Shown here: positions 27,407 to 37,801 of the stretch, in pieces
Layout of the letters: each line of letters opens with the position of its first letter
How positions within the stretch are numbered: the first letter of the stretch is position 1
Source of the DNA: a virus
Lineage: Duplodnaviria > Caudoviricetes
IMG/VR virus record: IMGVR_UViG_3300021964_009400
Length of the DNA stretch: 64,000 nt
Reading direction: 5' to 3' (one strand)
Program-made: the position numbers and the translations under genes
Notes under the pieces: model-generated
What the model saw: only the letters and a program-made list of their open reading frames with translations
What the model was told of the DNA's origin: nothing
Database searches by the model: none

Positions 27407-28598
27407 ACCAGAACAAGCAATACCATTATTTAAAGTATTTATGGCACAAACTGCAAAAGAAAAAGTTGGTGAAGTTTTAGATAGTGGGTATATAGGACAA
27501 GGACCAAAGGTAGATGAATTTGAAAAACAACTTGGAGAATACTTTGGAAATAAAAAAGTAGTTACAACAAATGCAGGAACATCAGCATTACATTTAGCAT
27601 TACACTTACTTAAGAAACCAAAAGAAAATTGGATAGAGGAATTTCATGGTGTGGCATTTGTTGAACACAATTGGCCAGGTATTCAAGATGGTGATGAAGT
27701 TCTTGCAACACCACTAACCTGTACTGCATCTAATTGGCCAATCGTAGCAAATAATCTAAAAATCAAATGGGTAGATATAGACCCAACAACTTTGAATATG
27801 GATTTAAAAGATTTGGAAACAAAGATGACTCCAAAAACCAAAGCAATTATGGGAGTTCATTGGGGTGGATATCCATTAGATTTAGATGAGATTAGAAATA
27901 TCAGAGGAAGATTTAGAAAAGAACATGGATGGGCACCTGCATTAATCGAAGATGGAGCACATTCAATTGGCACAAAATATAAAGGAAAGTATTTAGGTAA
28001 CCATAATAACTTTGTAATGAATTCTTTACAAGCAATTAAACACATCACATCAGTAGATGGTGGTATTTTATATTGTCCACACGAAGAATTATATGAAAGA
28101 GCAAAGTTATTAAGGTGGTATGGTATTGATAGAAATCCAAAAGGTAGAACTGATTTCAGATGTGAGGCAGATATACCTGAGTGGGGATTTAAGTTTCATA
28201 TGAACGATGTATGTGCAGTAGTTGGTATGGAAAACTTTAAACATTTAGATGAAATAACTTCTAAACATAAGGAAAATGCTAGTTACTATGATAAGCACTT
28301 ACAAAATATAGAAGGAGTTACACTTCTAAAAAGAGAAGAAGGATTTGAATCAGCATTTTGGATTTACTCACTATTGGTTGATGATAGACCATCGTTTTAC
28401 AAATATATGCACGAGTGTAATATCACAGTTTCTCAAGTACATGAAAGAAATGATAAACATTCTTGTATGAAAGAATTTAAAACCGATTTACCAAATTTAG
28501 ATAAAACAATTGGTCATGTAGTATCTATACCAGTTGGTTGGTGGGTAACAAAAGAAGAACGAGAATACATTGTAGATTGTATAAAAAAATGGAAATAA
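27396..28598 (+). CDS. DegT/DnrJ/EryC1/StrS PLP aminotransferase
   Basis: NAGTSALHLAL, IEDGAHS, SLQAIKH, GGIL. Confidence 0.92.
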   Translation: MMNKPEQAIPLFKVFMAQTAKEKVGEVLDSGYIGQGPKVDEFEKQLGEYFGNKKVVTTNAGTSALHLALHLLKKPKENWIEEFHGVAFVEHNWPGIQDGDEVLATPLTCTASNWPIVANNLKIKWVDIDPTTLNMDLKDLETKMTPKTKAIMGVHWGGYPLDLDEIRNIRGRFRKEHGWAPALIEDGAHSIGTKYKGKYLGNHNNFVMNSLQAIKHITSVDGGILYCPHEELYERAKLLRWYGIDRNPKGRTDFRCEADIPEWGFKFHMNDVCAVVGMENFKHLDEITSKHKENASYYDKHLQNIEGVTLLKREEGFESAFWIYSLLVDDRPSFYKYMHECNITVSQVHERNDKHSCMKEFKTDLPNLDKTIGHVVSIPVGWWVTKEEREYIVDCIKKWK

Positions 28599-29011
28599 GG
28601 TTAGAACCATTAAAACAACATAATTTAAGATTTCTGTTATCAGTAAGAAATGTGGAATCTACGCGTACACAATTAAAAAATGATACCTCGTATTCTTTAG
28701 ATGAATGTGAAGATTGGTTTGAAAAAATGAAACCAAAATGGTTTATAATTTACAATGAAAATAATGAAGAAGTTGGTTATATAAGAACTGATGGTGATGA
28801 AGTTGGGTGTGATATACACCCAAATTATAGAAGAAAAGGATATGCAAGAGCAGCATATACAAAGTATTTAGAGGATAAAGATTATGCAGACCTTTGGGTC
28901 TTTGAAGATAATCACGCAAAAAAGTTATACGAAGAACTAGGATTTGTTGAAACCGGTGAAAGTGGTTTAAAAAGAGGTAGAAAATATTTAAAAATGGTTT
29001 ACAATAAATGA
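28589..29011 (+). CDS. GNAT acetyltransferase (PseH-like)
   Basis: YRRKGYA acetyl-CoA loop, N-HAKKLYEELGF; start moved to MEIRLEP at 28589. Confidence 0.8.
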   Translation: MEIRLEPLKQHNLRFLLSVRNVESTRTQLKNDTSYSLDECEDWFEKMKPKWFIIYNENNEEVGYIRTDGDEVGCDIHPNYRRKGYARAAYTKYLEDKDYADLWVFEDNHAKKLYEELGFVETGESGLKRGRKYLKMVYNK

Positions 29012-29718
29012 AAGTAGCATTAATGTTAACTGGTCTTGCACGAAAAGTTCAAGAAGGTTATGATGGTTATTGGAAATATATTATAGATAATAATGATGTT
29101 GATTTATATCTTCATGCTTGGGAATCTAAACCTGATGAAATAACAAATAATGAAGATAGTGATAATGTTCTTAAAGTTTATCCTAATCCAAAATATATAA
29201 AGATTGAAAAACCATTTAAATTTACTAAATACAGAGAAGGTATAAAAACACCAAGAGATGATAAATCAAGACCTCTTGTAGATTTTGATGTATTCAGTAA
29301 TTTCAGAAGTTTTCCTATGTATTATTCTTGGGAATCTACCTACAAAGAAATACAAAATTCAAATATTAATTACGATTGTATTATAAGAAGTAGATACGAT
29401 ATTAGTGGAAATAATTTAAATATATCTGAACTTGATTTAAAGAAAATATACACATCAAATCATCATTGGAAAAACAGTCATGTTCATGATGATAATTTTT
29501 ACATATCAAATCAAAGTAATTCTAATAAAGTATTTAATAATATATTTGAAAACATAGTTGAGTTTAATAGAAATAAAGGTATGATGGATAGTGCAGAAGA
29601 AAATTTAACAAAATATTTTGAAAGAATAGGATTAATAGATATAGCAGAAAAATCAGATAAAATAAAATTTGATTTATTAAGAGATAATAAGGTTTGGTGG
29701 CCAAGTGATATAAAATGA
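29008..29718 (+). CDS. GT-like phage hypothetical protein
   Basis: MKVALMLTGLAR, DLYLHAW, YDCIIRSRYD. Confidence 0.55.
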   Translation: MKVALMLTGLARKVQEGYDGYWKYIIDNNDVDLYLHAWESKPDEITNNEDSDNVLKVYPNPKYIKIEKPFKFTKYREGIKTPRDDKSRPLVDFDVFSNFRSFPMYYSWESTYKEIQNSNINYDCIIRSRYDISGNNLNISELDLKKIYTSNHHWKNSHVHDDNFYISNQSNSNKVFNNIFENIVEFNRNKGMMDSAEENLTKYFERIGLIDIAEKSDKIKFDLLRDNKVWWPSDIK

Positions 29719-30389
29719 AAATAGGAATTAATTTAGTAGGAGTATCTTATAACAATGCTATCGAAGGTGGTAGGTTAAGAAATTATGAAGATGCAATAGA
29801 AAATTTTTATAAATATATTGTAGAACCATTTAGAAAAGATGGTCATGAAGTTTCATTTTATTTATATAGTTATGAAAATGAAAAACAAGATAAAATAATT
29901 AATGATTATACTCCTTGTATCAAATCACAATTTGTAAAACCAAATTATAATAAATTAGGTGGAGGTGATAAAGTTTCTGAAGGATATAAAGTAATGACAG
30001 TAAGTTACTTAAATAGTTTAGAGCAACTTAAAAATGAAGATTTAGATTTAGTGATATCAACTCGATATGATATAAACTTTTTTAAAAATCCATTTGAAGT
30101 ATATGATTATAATTTTGATAAGATGAACTTTTTATGGAGAGAACCTGAATTTATGCATTTACCAATAGTTAATGATACATTCTTGGTATTTCCATATAAA
30201 ATGTTAGATAATGTTATTAAATCTATAATTGAGATGGAAGAAAATCCACCACATGGAGTAAATGTAGCAATGCACAATTGGTATTTACCAATGGTAAATC
30301 AAGTTGGAGAAGATAAAGTACAATGGGTTGATGATAGATTTAGAACTGCAATAGAAAATGAATTATATAAATTAACAAGAAAAGGATAA
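29715..30389 (+). CDS. GT-like phage hypothetical protein (distant paralog of 29008)
   Basis: MKIGINLVG, DLVISTRYD, NDTF. Confidence 0.5.
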   Translation: MKIGINLVGVSYNNAIEGGRLRNYEDAIENFYKYIVEPFRKDGHEVSFYLYSYENEKQDKIINDYTPCIKSQFVKPNYNKLGGGDKVSEGYKVMTVSYLNSLEQLKNEDLDLVISTRYDINFFKNPFEVYDYNFDKMNFLWREPEFMHLPIVNDTFLVFPYKMLDNVIKSIIEMEENPPHGVNVAMHNWYLPMVNQVGEDKVQWVDDRFRTAIENELYKLTRKG

Positions 30390-30392
30390 CAT

Positions 30393-31028
30393 ATGATTAA
30401 AACACATAAAATTAAATATGATACTTCAAAGTATCAATTCAGACCTTTGATTAAAAAAATCTTAGGTGAAAAGAGTTTAGAAAATTTACATGAGGTTAAA
30501 AAGTATGAAAGATATACAGAACCAACAGACCAAGCAACTATATGGCATAAAACTTACTATGATAAATTTAAAGAACAATTTTATCCTTTGTACAGACAAT
30601 TTATAGAAGAGTTTGTAAAACCTCAGTTTGAATATGATGAAATCATTTATCAAAAGATTCCTACATTCAGAGTTCATCAAGTTGATAACTTAGGAGTTGG
30701 TGAGTGGCATAGAGATAGAGATTATAATCATGGAGTAGATGAGATTAACTTGTGGTTACCATTTACTGATGCCTATGGAACGAATACTATATGGATGGAA
30801 TCAGAAGAGGGAAAAGAAGATTTCAAAGGTTACGATGTATCTTATGGAGAAATTTTGGTATTTAGTGGACCTAATCTGTTGCATGGTAATCAAACTAATA
30901 TAGAAAAAGATAGTAGATGTTCAATTGATTTTAGGATAGTACATCCTAATAAATTCAAAACATCAGATAAAGGTAGTGTTACTGCTAATGTTAAATTTAA
31001 AGTTGGAGGATACTTCGAAAAAATATGA
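30393..31028 (+). CDS. Fe(II)/2OG oxygenase-fold protein, StrG-like
   Basis: YQKIPTFRVH, WHRD (HxD), INLWLPFT, LHGN, SIDFR. Confidence 0.6.
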   Translation: MIKTHKIKYDTSKYQFRPLIKKILGEKSLENLHEVKKYERYTEPTDQATIWHKTYYDKFKEQFYPLYRQFIEEFVKPQFEYDEIIYQKIPTFRVHQVDNLGVGEWHRDRDYNHGVDEINLWLPFTDAYGTNTIWMESEEGKEDFKGYDVSYGEILVFSGPNLLHGNQTNIEKDSRCSIDFRIVHPNKFKTSDKGSVTANVKFKVGGYFEKI

Positions 31029-31195
31029 AAGATTTAAGAGATGATTTAGAATTGGAATTAATGAATGCAAAAATCAATGCAACCTCACCTTATAATGATG
31101 GGTGGACACAACAAGGTTACAAAGAAAAAGTAATTCAGTTAGAGAAAAAATTAAAATCAGTAGGAAAACAATTAAAATTTAATTTTAATGAGTAA
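31025..31195 (+). CDS. 56-aa hypothetical protein with SPYNDGWT motif (not in track)
   Basis: Hand translation; overlaps both neighbours in a coupled fashion. Confidence 0.55.
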   Translation: MKDLRDDLELELMNAKINATSPYNDGWTQQGYKEKVIQLEKKLKSVGKQLKFNFNE

Positions 31196-31949
31196 ATTAA
31201 TAAGTGGTTATTGGTGGGCATGGAGAGAAGTAGAAGCTGGAAAGAAATCTATGCAAACTCTTCGTAAGTTTTATCCTGATTCAGACCTTTTCATTAATGT
31301 AGATTATGAAGGTGATGTAGATGGATATACAAAAGTAGGTGAAGAATTAGGGGCAACTGTTACTCGTAATAATTTTCAATTAGGATACTGTGGAAACTTT
31401 GGTGATAGAAATATTGGATATGAACATTGGACCAAAGAAAAAGCAGTAGAGTGGTTAAGAGGAGTTTATGATGCGTGTAAGAAAACAGATTCAAGATATA
31501 TGATGTTATTTGAAGAAGATGATTTCGTATTGGATACGATTAGTATTTTAAATTTAGATTTTTCAATGGCAATTCATCCAACTGCACCATCACCAACTGG
31601 TAGAATGAGGGCAAATAATATACCTTATAAATTTTTAGAATATTCTAAATCAGTAGGAGGCGTTGATTTTTGTCCTGGTTATGCGAGTGGTGGTGGAACT
31701 ATATTCAATAGAGAAGAATATATTGATGCTTATGAAAGAACTTTAGATTTATATACTGAGAACTTTGATGAGTTTTGTAAAATAAATAAAATATATGGTT
31801 GGCAAGATTTCTTATTTCAATACATAATGATGTTAGGTGGATATGAAATTATTCAAAATACAAAATTATGTGAATTATGGGAAGTACCAAATTTTCAAGA
31901 GTTTGAAATATTAACAGGTTGTAAAGACCCAAATTTAGTTAAAATATAA
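31188..31949 (+). CDS. GT-A-like protein
   Basis: LFEEDDF DxD-like motif, SGGGTIF, WQD; cluster context. Confidence 0.5.
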   Translation: MSKLISGYWWAWREVEAGKKSMQTLRKFYPDSDLFINVDYEGDVDGYTKVGEELGATVTRNNFQLGYCGNFGDRNIGYEHWTKEKAVEWLRGVYDACKKTDSRYMMLFEEDDFVLDTISILNLDFSMAIHPTAPSPTGRMRANNIPYKFLEYSKSVGGVDFCPGYASGGGTIFNREEYIDAYERTLDLYTENFDEFCKINKIYGWQDFLFQYIMMLGGYEIIQNTKLCELWEVPNFQEFEILTGCKDPNLVKI

Positions 31950-32758
31950 TGGATGATGAAGATATGACAATATTAGGATGTATAACAAAATATAAACCAC
32001 AAGATATCAGACCTTATGTAGAATCAATTGAACAGACAGGTTTTAAAGGTAGAAAGGTAATGTTGGTATATGAAGTACCACAAAAAACAATAGACTATCT
32101 TAAATCGAAAGGATGGGATTTATATGGGGGAGAACTCCAACAACATATAATCTTACAGAGATTTAGAGATTTGTATAAACTATTAGGTTCAGAAATAAAA
32201 GGTACAGTTATTTGGACCGATGTTAAAGATGTAATATTTCAAGTAGACCCAACAAATTGGATTGAACATAATATGGAAGATGATATATTATCATTCTCAG
32301 AATGTATCACATTTAAAGATGACCCTTGGGCTTGTGTAAATGCAGGAACTTCATTTCCTATGGAGTGGGAATGGTTACAAAATAAAACATCTTATTGTGC
32401 AGGAACTATCGTTGGTGATGCTTGTTATCTTAGAGATTTATTTATAGATATTTACAGATGGAGTTTAACAACTGCTAATCAAGAACAATTATCAGACCAA
32501 GCAGCTTATAATGTTTTAATTAACTTACATCATATTAGTGATTGTGTTCAAACAGTAAAACAAGAAGAAGGATTTGTTACCCAATTAGGAACTGTGTTGG
32601 TAAAGAAAGATGAGTTTAAAGATGTTCTATTAGAACCAACTCCAATTGTAGATGAAAACTATATTGTAAAAAATCAAAAAGGAAACCCTTTTTGTTTAGT
32701 ACATCAGTACGATAGAATACCAGCATTTAAAGAATTTATTTATAACAAATACAAATGA
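31949..32758 (+). CDS. GT-like protein
   Basis: WTDVKDVIFQVDP, SDQAAYN, HQYDR. Confidence 0.55.
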   Translation: MDDEDMTILGCITKYKPQDIRPYVESIEQTGFKGRKVMLVYEVPQKTIDYLKSKGWDLYGGELQQHIILQRFRDLYKLLGSEIKGTVIWTDVKDVIFQVDPTNWIEHNMEDDILSFSECITFKDDPWACVNAGTSFPMEWEWLQNKTSYCAGTIVGDACYLRDLFIDIYRWSLTTANQEQLSDQAAYNVLINLHHISDCVQTVKQEEGFVTQLGTVLVKKDEFKDVLLEPTPIVDENYIVKNQKGNPFCLVHQYDRIPAFKEFIYNKYK

Positions 32759-33645
32759 AAGTAGTAATATCAATATTTTGCTTACCTTATGAAATTGATG
32801 ATTTAGAGAATACTTTAACTCAACTCAAAAGAGCATCACATTATATTGATAAATCAATTGACTGGAATTTAGATGTAACATTATGTTTATCTAATCAAAT
32901 GGTAAATTGGGATAAATCATCAATTAATAAAAAATACTTTGAAGATAAATTTCTTAAAATTGCATCAAATACTGATTGGTGTATTAAACATTTCCAAACA
33001 TCAGATAAAATATTAGGTTGTGTATCTCAAAGGAGATTTTCACTTGAAAAACATAGAGAGGCTGATTACTTTATATGGTTAGATACTGATATTATATTTG
33101 AAGAACGAACACTTTCTTATTTAGAAAATGCCATGAAATCTACAAATCAAGCGTTTCCTAATACAATAATCACACCTGAAATAGTAAAAGTATGGGATAC
33201 AACTTGGGATTGTTTGGTGAATGAAAATTTCTTAGATAAACCACTTGATTATCAAAAAACAAATGACCCCTACAAAGATAGTGGAATTAAAGGTGATATT
33301 ATAATACAAGGAGTTTCTAACAATTCTTTTAATCAACCTCGTTTTAAATTTGCTGGTGGTTGGTTTACGTGCATAAGTGGAAAATTACTAAATAGAGTTG
33401 GTGTACCTGAAAGTTTTGGTCACTATGGATATGAAGATACATTTTTAATGTGGGCATCGGAAAAACTGATTCAAGAGAAAGAAGAAAAAATTCAACAATT
33501 TAAAATAAAAAACCTCGTAGTTTGTGAAAACTACAAATATCGTAATAATTCTCATTACTTAAATCATATATCAATTTATGATAGAAGAGAAGAATTTAAA
33601 AATATAGCACACTCTAATTTTAAAAAAGAGTTAGATAAAATTTAA
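32755..33645 (+). CDS. GT2-like protein
   Basis: WLDTD, GGWFT, YGYEDT. Confidence 0.6.
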   Translation: MKVVISIFCLPYEIDDLENTLTQLKRASHYIDKSIDWNLDVTLCLSNQMVNWDKSSINKKYFEDKFLKIASNTDWCIKHFQTSDKILGCVSQRRFSLEKHREADYFIWLDTDIIFEERTLSYLENAMKSTNQAFPNTIITPEIVKVWDTTWDCLVNENFLDKPLDYQKTNDPYKDSGIKGDIIIQGVSNNSFNQPRFKFAGGWFTCISGKLLNRVGVPESFGHYGYEDTFLMWASEKLIQEKEEKIQQFKIKNLVVCENYKYRNNSHYLNHISIYDRREEFKNIAHSNFKKELDKI

Positions 33646-33676
33646 ACAAATACCCCTTTAAAGTCCCTCCACCTTA

Positions 33677-33818
33677 TATTTATTCATAGTAAAAGGATAA
33701 TTTCCATCGTTATATCAACAAGTTCTACTTAAAACCCGAAAGGGGCTCGTTCTAATCAAGTAGTTTATAATCAATCGTTTTATTTAATTAGTTACGGTAA
33801 TCTATAAAGGAGATTGCT
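33677..33818 (+). promoter_or_regulatory. Late-type motif plus a structured 5' leader of the exported-protein cluster
   Basis: TATTTATT at 33677; CTACTT/AAGTAG stem enclosing CCC-GAAA-GGG; GTAATCT/AGATTGC hairpin overlapping the SD AAAGGAG. Confidence 0.45.
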
Positions 33819-34325
33819 TTGAAATACACTATATTAAATGTATTTAAGATGTGTCTCATCTGGTTATTAATATTATTACCAGCTGAGGGAAATGCTGATT
33901 ACACCCAAGACCCAATCAAAGTTGGTAAAGTTACCAATGAAATTAGAATGGGTAAATTTGCAGGTAATCAGAATCTTGCATTTGGTGTAAAAAATATTCT
34001 CGAAGAACTTCTCTTAGATTTAGATTATGATTTATCAGACAGAGCAACCACACAAGTGAATGTTAGGTTGGTCTTTTTTGATATTAAAAATATAGGTAAA
34101 TCGATTGGGATTTATCATAATAAAGTATCCGCTACACAAATAATAGCTATTGGAGAGTTAGTTGTAGATGGTAAGGTTAAAAAGAAAACAACTCAAAAAG
34201 GTGTAAGTAAAGAAATTTCAAACTCTACATTAGTTGTTGCCTCTGATGGAACATTTAATCAACAAACTGCTTCAAATGCTTTGAAAAAAGTATGTGAACA
34301 AATTATTAAGGAATTATTAAAATGA
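33819..34325 (+). CDS. Exported protein, possibly CsgG/TolB-N-like fold
   Basis: TTG start with SD; signal peptide; the layout (GVKNILEELL...SNALKKVCEQII) parallels 37079. Confidence 0.5.
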   Translation: MKYTILNVFKMCLIWLLILLPAEGNADYTQDPIKVGKVTNEIRMGKFAGNQNLAFGVKNILEELLLDLDYDLSDRATTQVNVRLVFFDIKNIGKSIGIYHNKVSATQIIAIGELVVDGKVKKKTTQKGVSKEISNSTLVVASDGTFNQQTASNALKKVCEQIIKELLK

Positions 34326-36019
34326 AAAAGATTTTATTATTATTATTTAGTGTACTTTTTACAATGAGTACATATGCACAATCGACTTTAGGATATTCGA
34401 GAGTGAACACAGTAAGTCAAGTTGGAGATACTTTAGTTGTAAAATATCAGTACGGTAAAGGAACTGATATGCCAGATGCAACACTTTATCAATTTGATAT
34501 CCAATACAACAATAAGTTATTATCTCTTATTGAAAATGAGTGGATACCATCAGCAACTTCAGCACAAAAAGCAGTAAACACTTGGAATGGATATAAGTTT
34601 ACTATTGATTCTTCAAAAGACCAAACTGATTTTGATGGACAATATACGAGTTGGTTATCAGGCAATGCATCGTATGGAACAAACGCTGATTGGTCAGTAC
34701 AGAGAATAACTTATCAAGATGTAACCCCATTATCAAATGGTGATGAGTTTATGAAGATAAAGTACAAAATTAAAGATAAGGCAGGTACAAATTACTCAGA
34801 TTACAGTAACTTAATAAATGCTAACTGGGTAAACTATAAAGAATCAGATGGAACACTAATAAATTCATCTGGTACAACTGGTCTAAGTTTAACAGATATT
34901 GAAGGAGGTTCTGCAGAGAATGTAACACTTAACATAAATACAAACATTATTGATGATAACATCGGAGATGGTACTGATTTCACTTATAAGATTTATCTTA
35001 AATCAGATATAGGTAGTGGTAACCAACCAAATGAAGGAGCAAATGTTGTTGCTGAAGGTACATATGATGCCGCTGGTCAAGCAGTTGTAACTACTTTAAC
35101 AAATGATGTAGAATACTTTGTTTGGAATTGGGTTGATACTACTAAAGACTATTTAGATAATGTAGTAACCGTATCTGATTTAGCATTAGTATTTCAAGAA
35201 GCAATTGGTGGTGGTATTAATGGAGACCAAACTACATTTGATTATTATATTCAAACATTCTTAGGAAATGTATATCACGATGAGGCATTTGATGCAACAA
35301 TTAACTTTTCAGATTCATATGAGATACTTGCTTACCTACAAGGTGTAACAAGTACTAATACAACTTATATTAGTAAAAAGGGTGAATCTTATCAGACAGG
35401 TGGTAATAAATCAACATTTGGTACAATAGATTCAAATGGAAGTTATTTCGCTGGTATTGATGCAACATTCAAACCAACTGATTCAAATAAATCATTTAAC
35501 TTTGTACACGCTCTTATGGGTGATGTTAACTTCTCACACTCTTGGGAACCAGATACTAATGATACAACAGTTCCATCATCAGAACAAGCACAATCTTATT
35601 CAAACTCAACAAGAGTTTCAATGGCACCAGGACAAAAATATCAATCTGAAGAAGCAAATATTGATTTAGTATCTGAATTAAAAGATGGACAAGTAATATT
35701 CTCAATCAATTCAGATATTGATGAGATGATAGGAGCACAATTCAACATCACATATGATAACACAAGATTAGTATTGGATAATGTAATATTTGATACTGGT
35801 AATGAAATGACTAACTTCTCTAATCATTTAGAAGAAGATGGAAAAATAAACATTGGTTCGTTTGACCAAAACTTTAAGGCAGTTGTTAAAACAGGAACAC
35901 CTTATCAATTAATCTTTACACCAACAGTAACACTAAGTAATACATCGGGCTTGATTACTTTTAAAGTTAATGAAGGTGTAAAAGCAGACGGAACACAAAT
36001 TAAATTTATAATGGAATAA
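34322..36019 (+). CDS. Exported cohesin-like / dockerin-like / cohesin-like protein A
   Basis: Signal peptide; GDTLVV...QFDIQYN; VVTVSDL; MGDVNFSHS; GAQFNITYD...INIGSFD. Confidence 0.6.
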   Translation: MKKILLLLFSVLFTMSTYAQSTLGYSRVNTVSQVGDTLVVKYQYGKGTDMPDATLYQFDIQYNNKLLSLIENEWIPSATSAQKAVNTWNGYKFTIDSSKDQTDFDGQYTSWLSGNASYGTNADWSVQRITYQDVTPLSNGDEFMKIKYKIKDKAGTNYSDYSNLINANWVNYKESDGTLINSSGTTGLSLTDIEGGSAENVTLNINTNIIDDNIGDGTDFTYKIYLKSDIGSGNQPNEGANVVAEGTYDAAGQAVVTTLTNDVEYFVWNWVDTTKDYLDNVVTVSDLALVFQEAIGGGINGDQTTFDYYIQTFLGNVYHDEAFDATINFSDSYEILAYLQGVTSTNTTYISKKGESYQTGGNKSTFGTIDSNGSYFAGIDATFKPTDSNKSFNFVHALMGDVNFSHSWEPDTNDTTVPSSEQAQSYSNSTRVSMAPGQKYQSEEANIDLVSELKDGQVIFSINSDIDEMIGAQFNITYDNTRLVLDNVIFDTGNEMTNFSNHLEEDGKINIGSFDQNFKAVVKTGTPYQLIFTPTVTLSNTSGLITFKVNEGVKADGTQIKFIME

Positions 36020-36028
36020 GGAGAAACA

Positions 36029-36400
36029 ATGAAAAAATTAATAACACTTTTATTTTTAGTATTACTAACATCTTGTATGAAAGATGAATTTATCGAACCG
36101 ATTAATTTGGTTGAAGTACCTGAATCTTTAGAGATTTCTGAAGTACAAGGATTAAAACTTGAATCAGCAATCGTATCAGATGAAGTTAGAATGAATGTAA
36201 AATTACCATATAGTGGTATTTACAGAATTAAAATTAGAGATATATCTAAGAATTTAGTATCTCAAGAAAAAATCGAAGGTAATGAGGGAGATAATATATT
36301 AAAGGTATATGTTTCTTCATTAGGAAATAATGGGTATATAATTGAACTTACAGATGATGTTCATGATATGATAGGATTAACAACATTTGTAGTAAACTAA
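36029..36400 (+). CDS. Lipoprotein with a T9SS C-terminal-domain-like beta-sandwich (A)
   Basis: Lipobox LLTSC; LPYSGIYRIKIRDISKNLV...GDNILKVYVSSLGNNGYIIEL. Confidence 0.55.
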   Translation: MKKLITLLFLVLLTSCMKDEFIEPINLVEVPESLEISEVQGLKLESAIVSDEVRMNVKLPYSGIYRIKIRDISKNLVSQEKIEGNEGDNILKVYVSSLGNNGYIIELTDDVHDMIGLTTFVVN

Positions 36401-36409
36401 GGAGATAAA

Positions 36410-36715
36410 ATGGCAAAAAAGAAAAAGAAAGAAGAAGGATTCTTTTCACAAATAAAGAATCAAATCATTGCAGGAGTTGGTATTATACTAACTACTTTGG
36501 GTGGTATATTTATAGATGAAGTAAAATCATTTATAGGAATTGAAGATGAATCAGAACCACAAACTGAGATTGTACAAGAAAACAATCAATCAGTAAATGT
36601 AACTGGTCCTGAAATCATTATCAACATACCAGAACAAAAGACAGAAACTAAAACTATAATAAAAGAAGTTCCTGTTGAAAAGAAAAAAGAAAAAGAAGAA
36701 AAAATTGATTGGTAA
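36410..36715 (+). CDS. Single-TM hypothetical protein
   Basis: Basic N-terminus, IIAGVGIILTTLGGIFI TM segment, TAAGGAG SD. Confidence 0.6.
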   Translation: MAKKKKKEEGFFSQIKNQIIAGVGIILTTLGGIFIDEVKSFIGIEDESEPQTEIVQENNQSVNVTGPEIIINIPEQKTETKTIIKEVPVEKKKEKEEKIDW

Positions 36716-36773
36716 CAATCAAAAATAATAAAGATTATAAATTAAGTTTATTTTAAAAATAGGAGATTATATT

Positions 36774-36968
36774 ATGGAAGTATTAAAAGCAATTTTCACA
36801 GAAAAGGCATCAGACTACAAAGTAATGGATATTATTGTAAAAATATGGGTTGCAGGTTTATTATTCATGCTTGTATTGGGTTTTGTAGCCATTATGTATG
36901 GTATTATATCAGGTGAAGCAGATATTCAAAATGCAACTTTTGGTGTATTTGACACTTTAGGATATTAA
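36774..36968 (+). CDS. Small membrane protein
   Basis: One long hydrophobic segment; AGGAG SD. Confidence 0.55.
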   Translation: MEVLKAIFTEKASDYKVMDIIVKIWVAGLLFMLVLGFVAIMYGIISGEADIQNATFGVFDTLGY

Positions 36969-36977
36969 GTAAAAAAT

Positions 36978-37082
36978 ATGAAAAAATTAAAAGAATTATT
37001 AATTAAATTTGATGATTGGTTAACAAAAATTGGATATGAAATGTATCCTCAATTAACCAAACATATGAAAGATAAAAAATGA
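36978..37082 (+). CDS. 34-aa hypothetical protein (not in track)
   Basis: MKKLKELLIKFDDWLTKIGYEMYPQLTKHMKDKK; its stop overlaps the ATG at 37079. Confidence 0.35.
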   Translation: MKKLKELLIKFDDWLTKIGYEMYPQLTKHMKDKK

Positions 37083-37798
37083 AAAAACTTTTTTTATTAT
37101 TGGTATGTATATTTTTTACATTAAATACATTTGCACAAACAGTAGGTAAAATTAAAGCCGAAGAATATACCGCAGAATTTGAAAAGAAAAAATCAATTGA
37201 TGATGTTTCAGATTATTGGGGTGATATGATACCAGTTGCTTTACTCAATGTTGGTATATCTGATGATTTATATGAGATGTATCCAGAGTTAAGAGATGGT
37301 AGAGTAGGTTTAGGACTTACCAACATCGTAATTGAATACTTAGATTGGACAAACAGATTTGAATTCGTAGAAGAAAAATCTTCAATCAAAGATAGAATGA
37401 AATCACAATGGGTTGCTTCAAGAAAAGGTGTTTCGGAGAATCAAGTATATGGATTAGGTAAAATCAAGTTAGCAGAATATTTCGTTACAATAGAGATATA
37501 TGATTTCTCTGTTTCAGAGGATGAGGTTTTATCACTTAAAGATGGTTCTAAACAAACACAAACAACTCGTTTAGGTTTACAAGTTAGGTTTACTAATGCA
37601 GAGAATGGTACATATTTCGTAGGTTCCGGTCTTGGTACGGCGAATACAGTAAAGACTCAAGAGGGTTTGCTGGGGTTAGATTTGGATGAAATAAAGTTCA
37701 GACAATCAGCAATTGGAGTATCTACCAGAAAAGCATTGGAAACCGCTTCAGCAAGAATAGTAGCAAGAATGATTAGAAAAGGTATATTTGAAAACTAA
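37079..37798 (+). CDS. CsgG/HfaB-family-like exported protein
   Basis: Signal peptide; GLTNIVIEYL...RFEFVEEK; GKIKLAEYFVT; LGLQVRFTNAENG...GSGLG; RKALETA. Confidence 0.65.
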   Translation: MKKLFLLLVCIFFTLNTFAQTVGKIKAEEYTAEFEKKKSIDDVSDYWGDMIPVALLNVGISDDLYEMYPELRDGRVGLGLTNIVIEYLDWTNRFEFVEEKSSIKDRMKSQWVASRKGVSENQVYGLGKIKLAEYFVTIEIYDFSVSEDEVLSLKDGSKQTQTTRLGLQVRFTNAENGTYFVGSGLGTANTVKTQEGLLGLDLDEIKFRQSAIGVSTRKALETASARIVARMIRKGIFEN

Positions 37799-37801
37799 TG
37801 A

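Noticed and set aside
33720-33765. Calling the leader a c-di-GMP-I riboswitch
   Set aside because: Only the short AAACCC-GAAA-GGG resembles it; the other conserved elements could not be found by eye.
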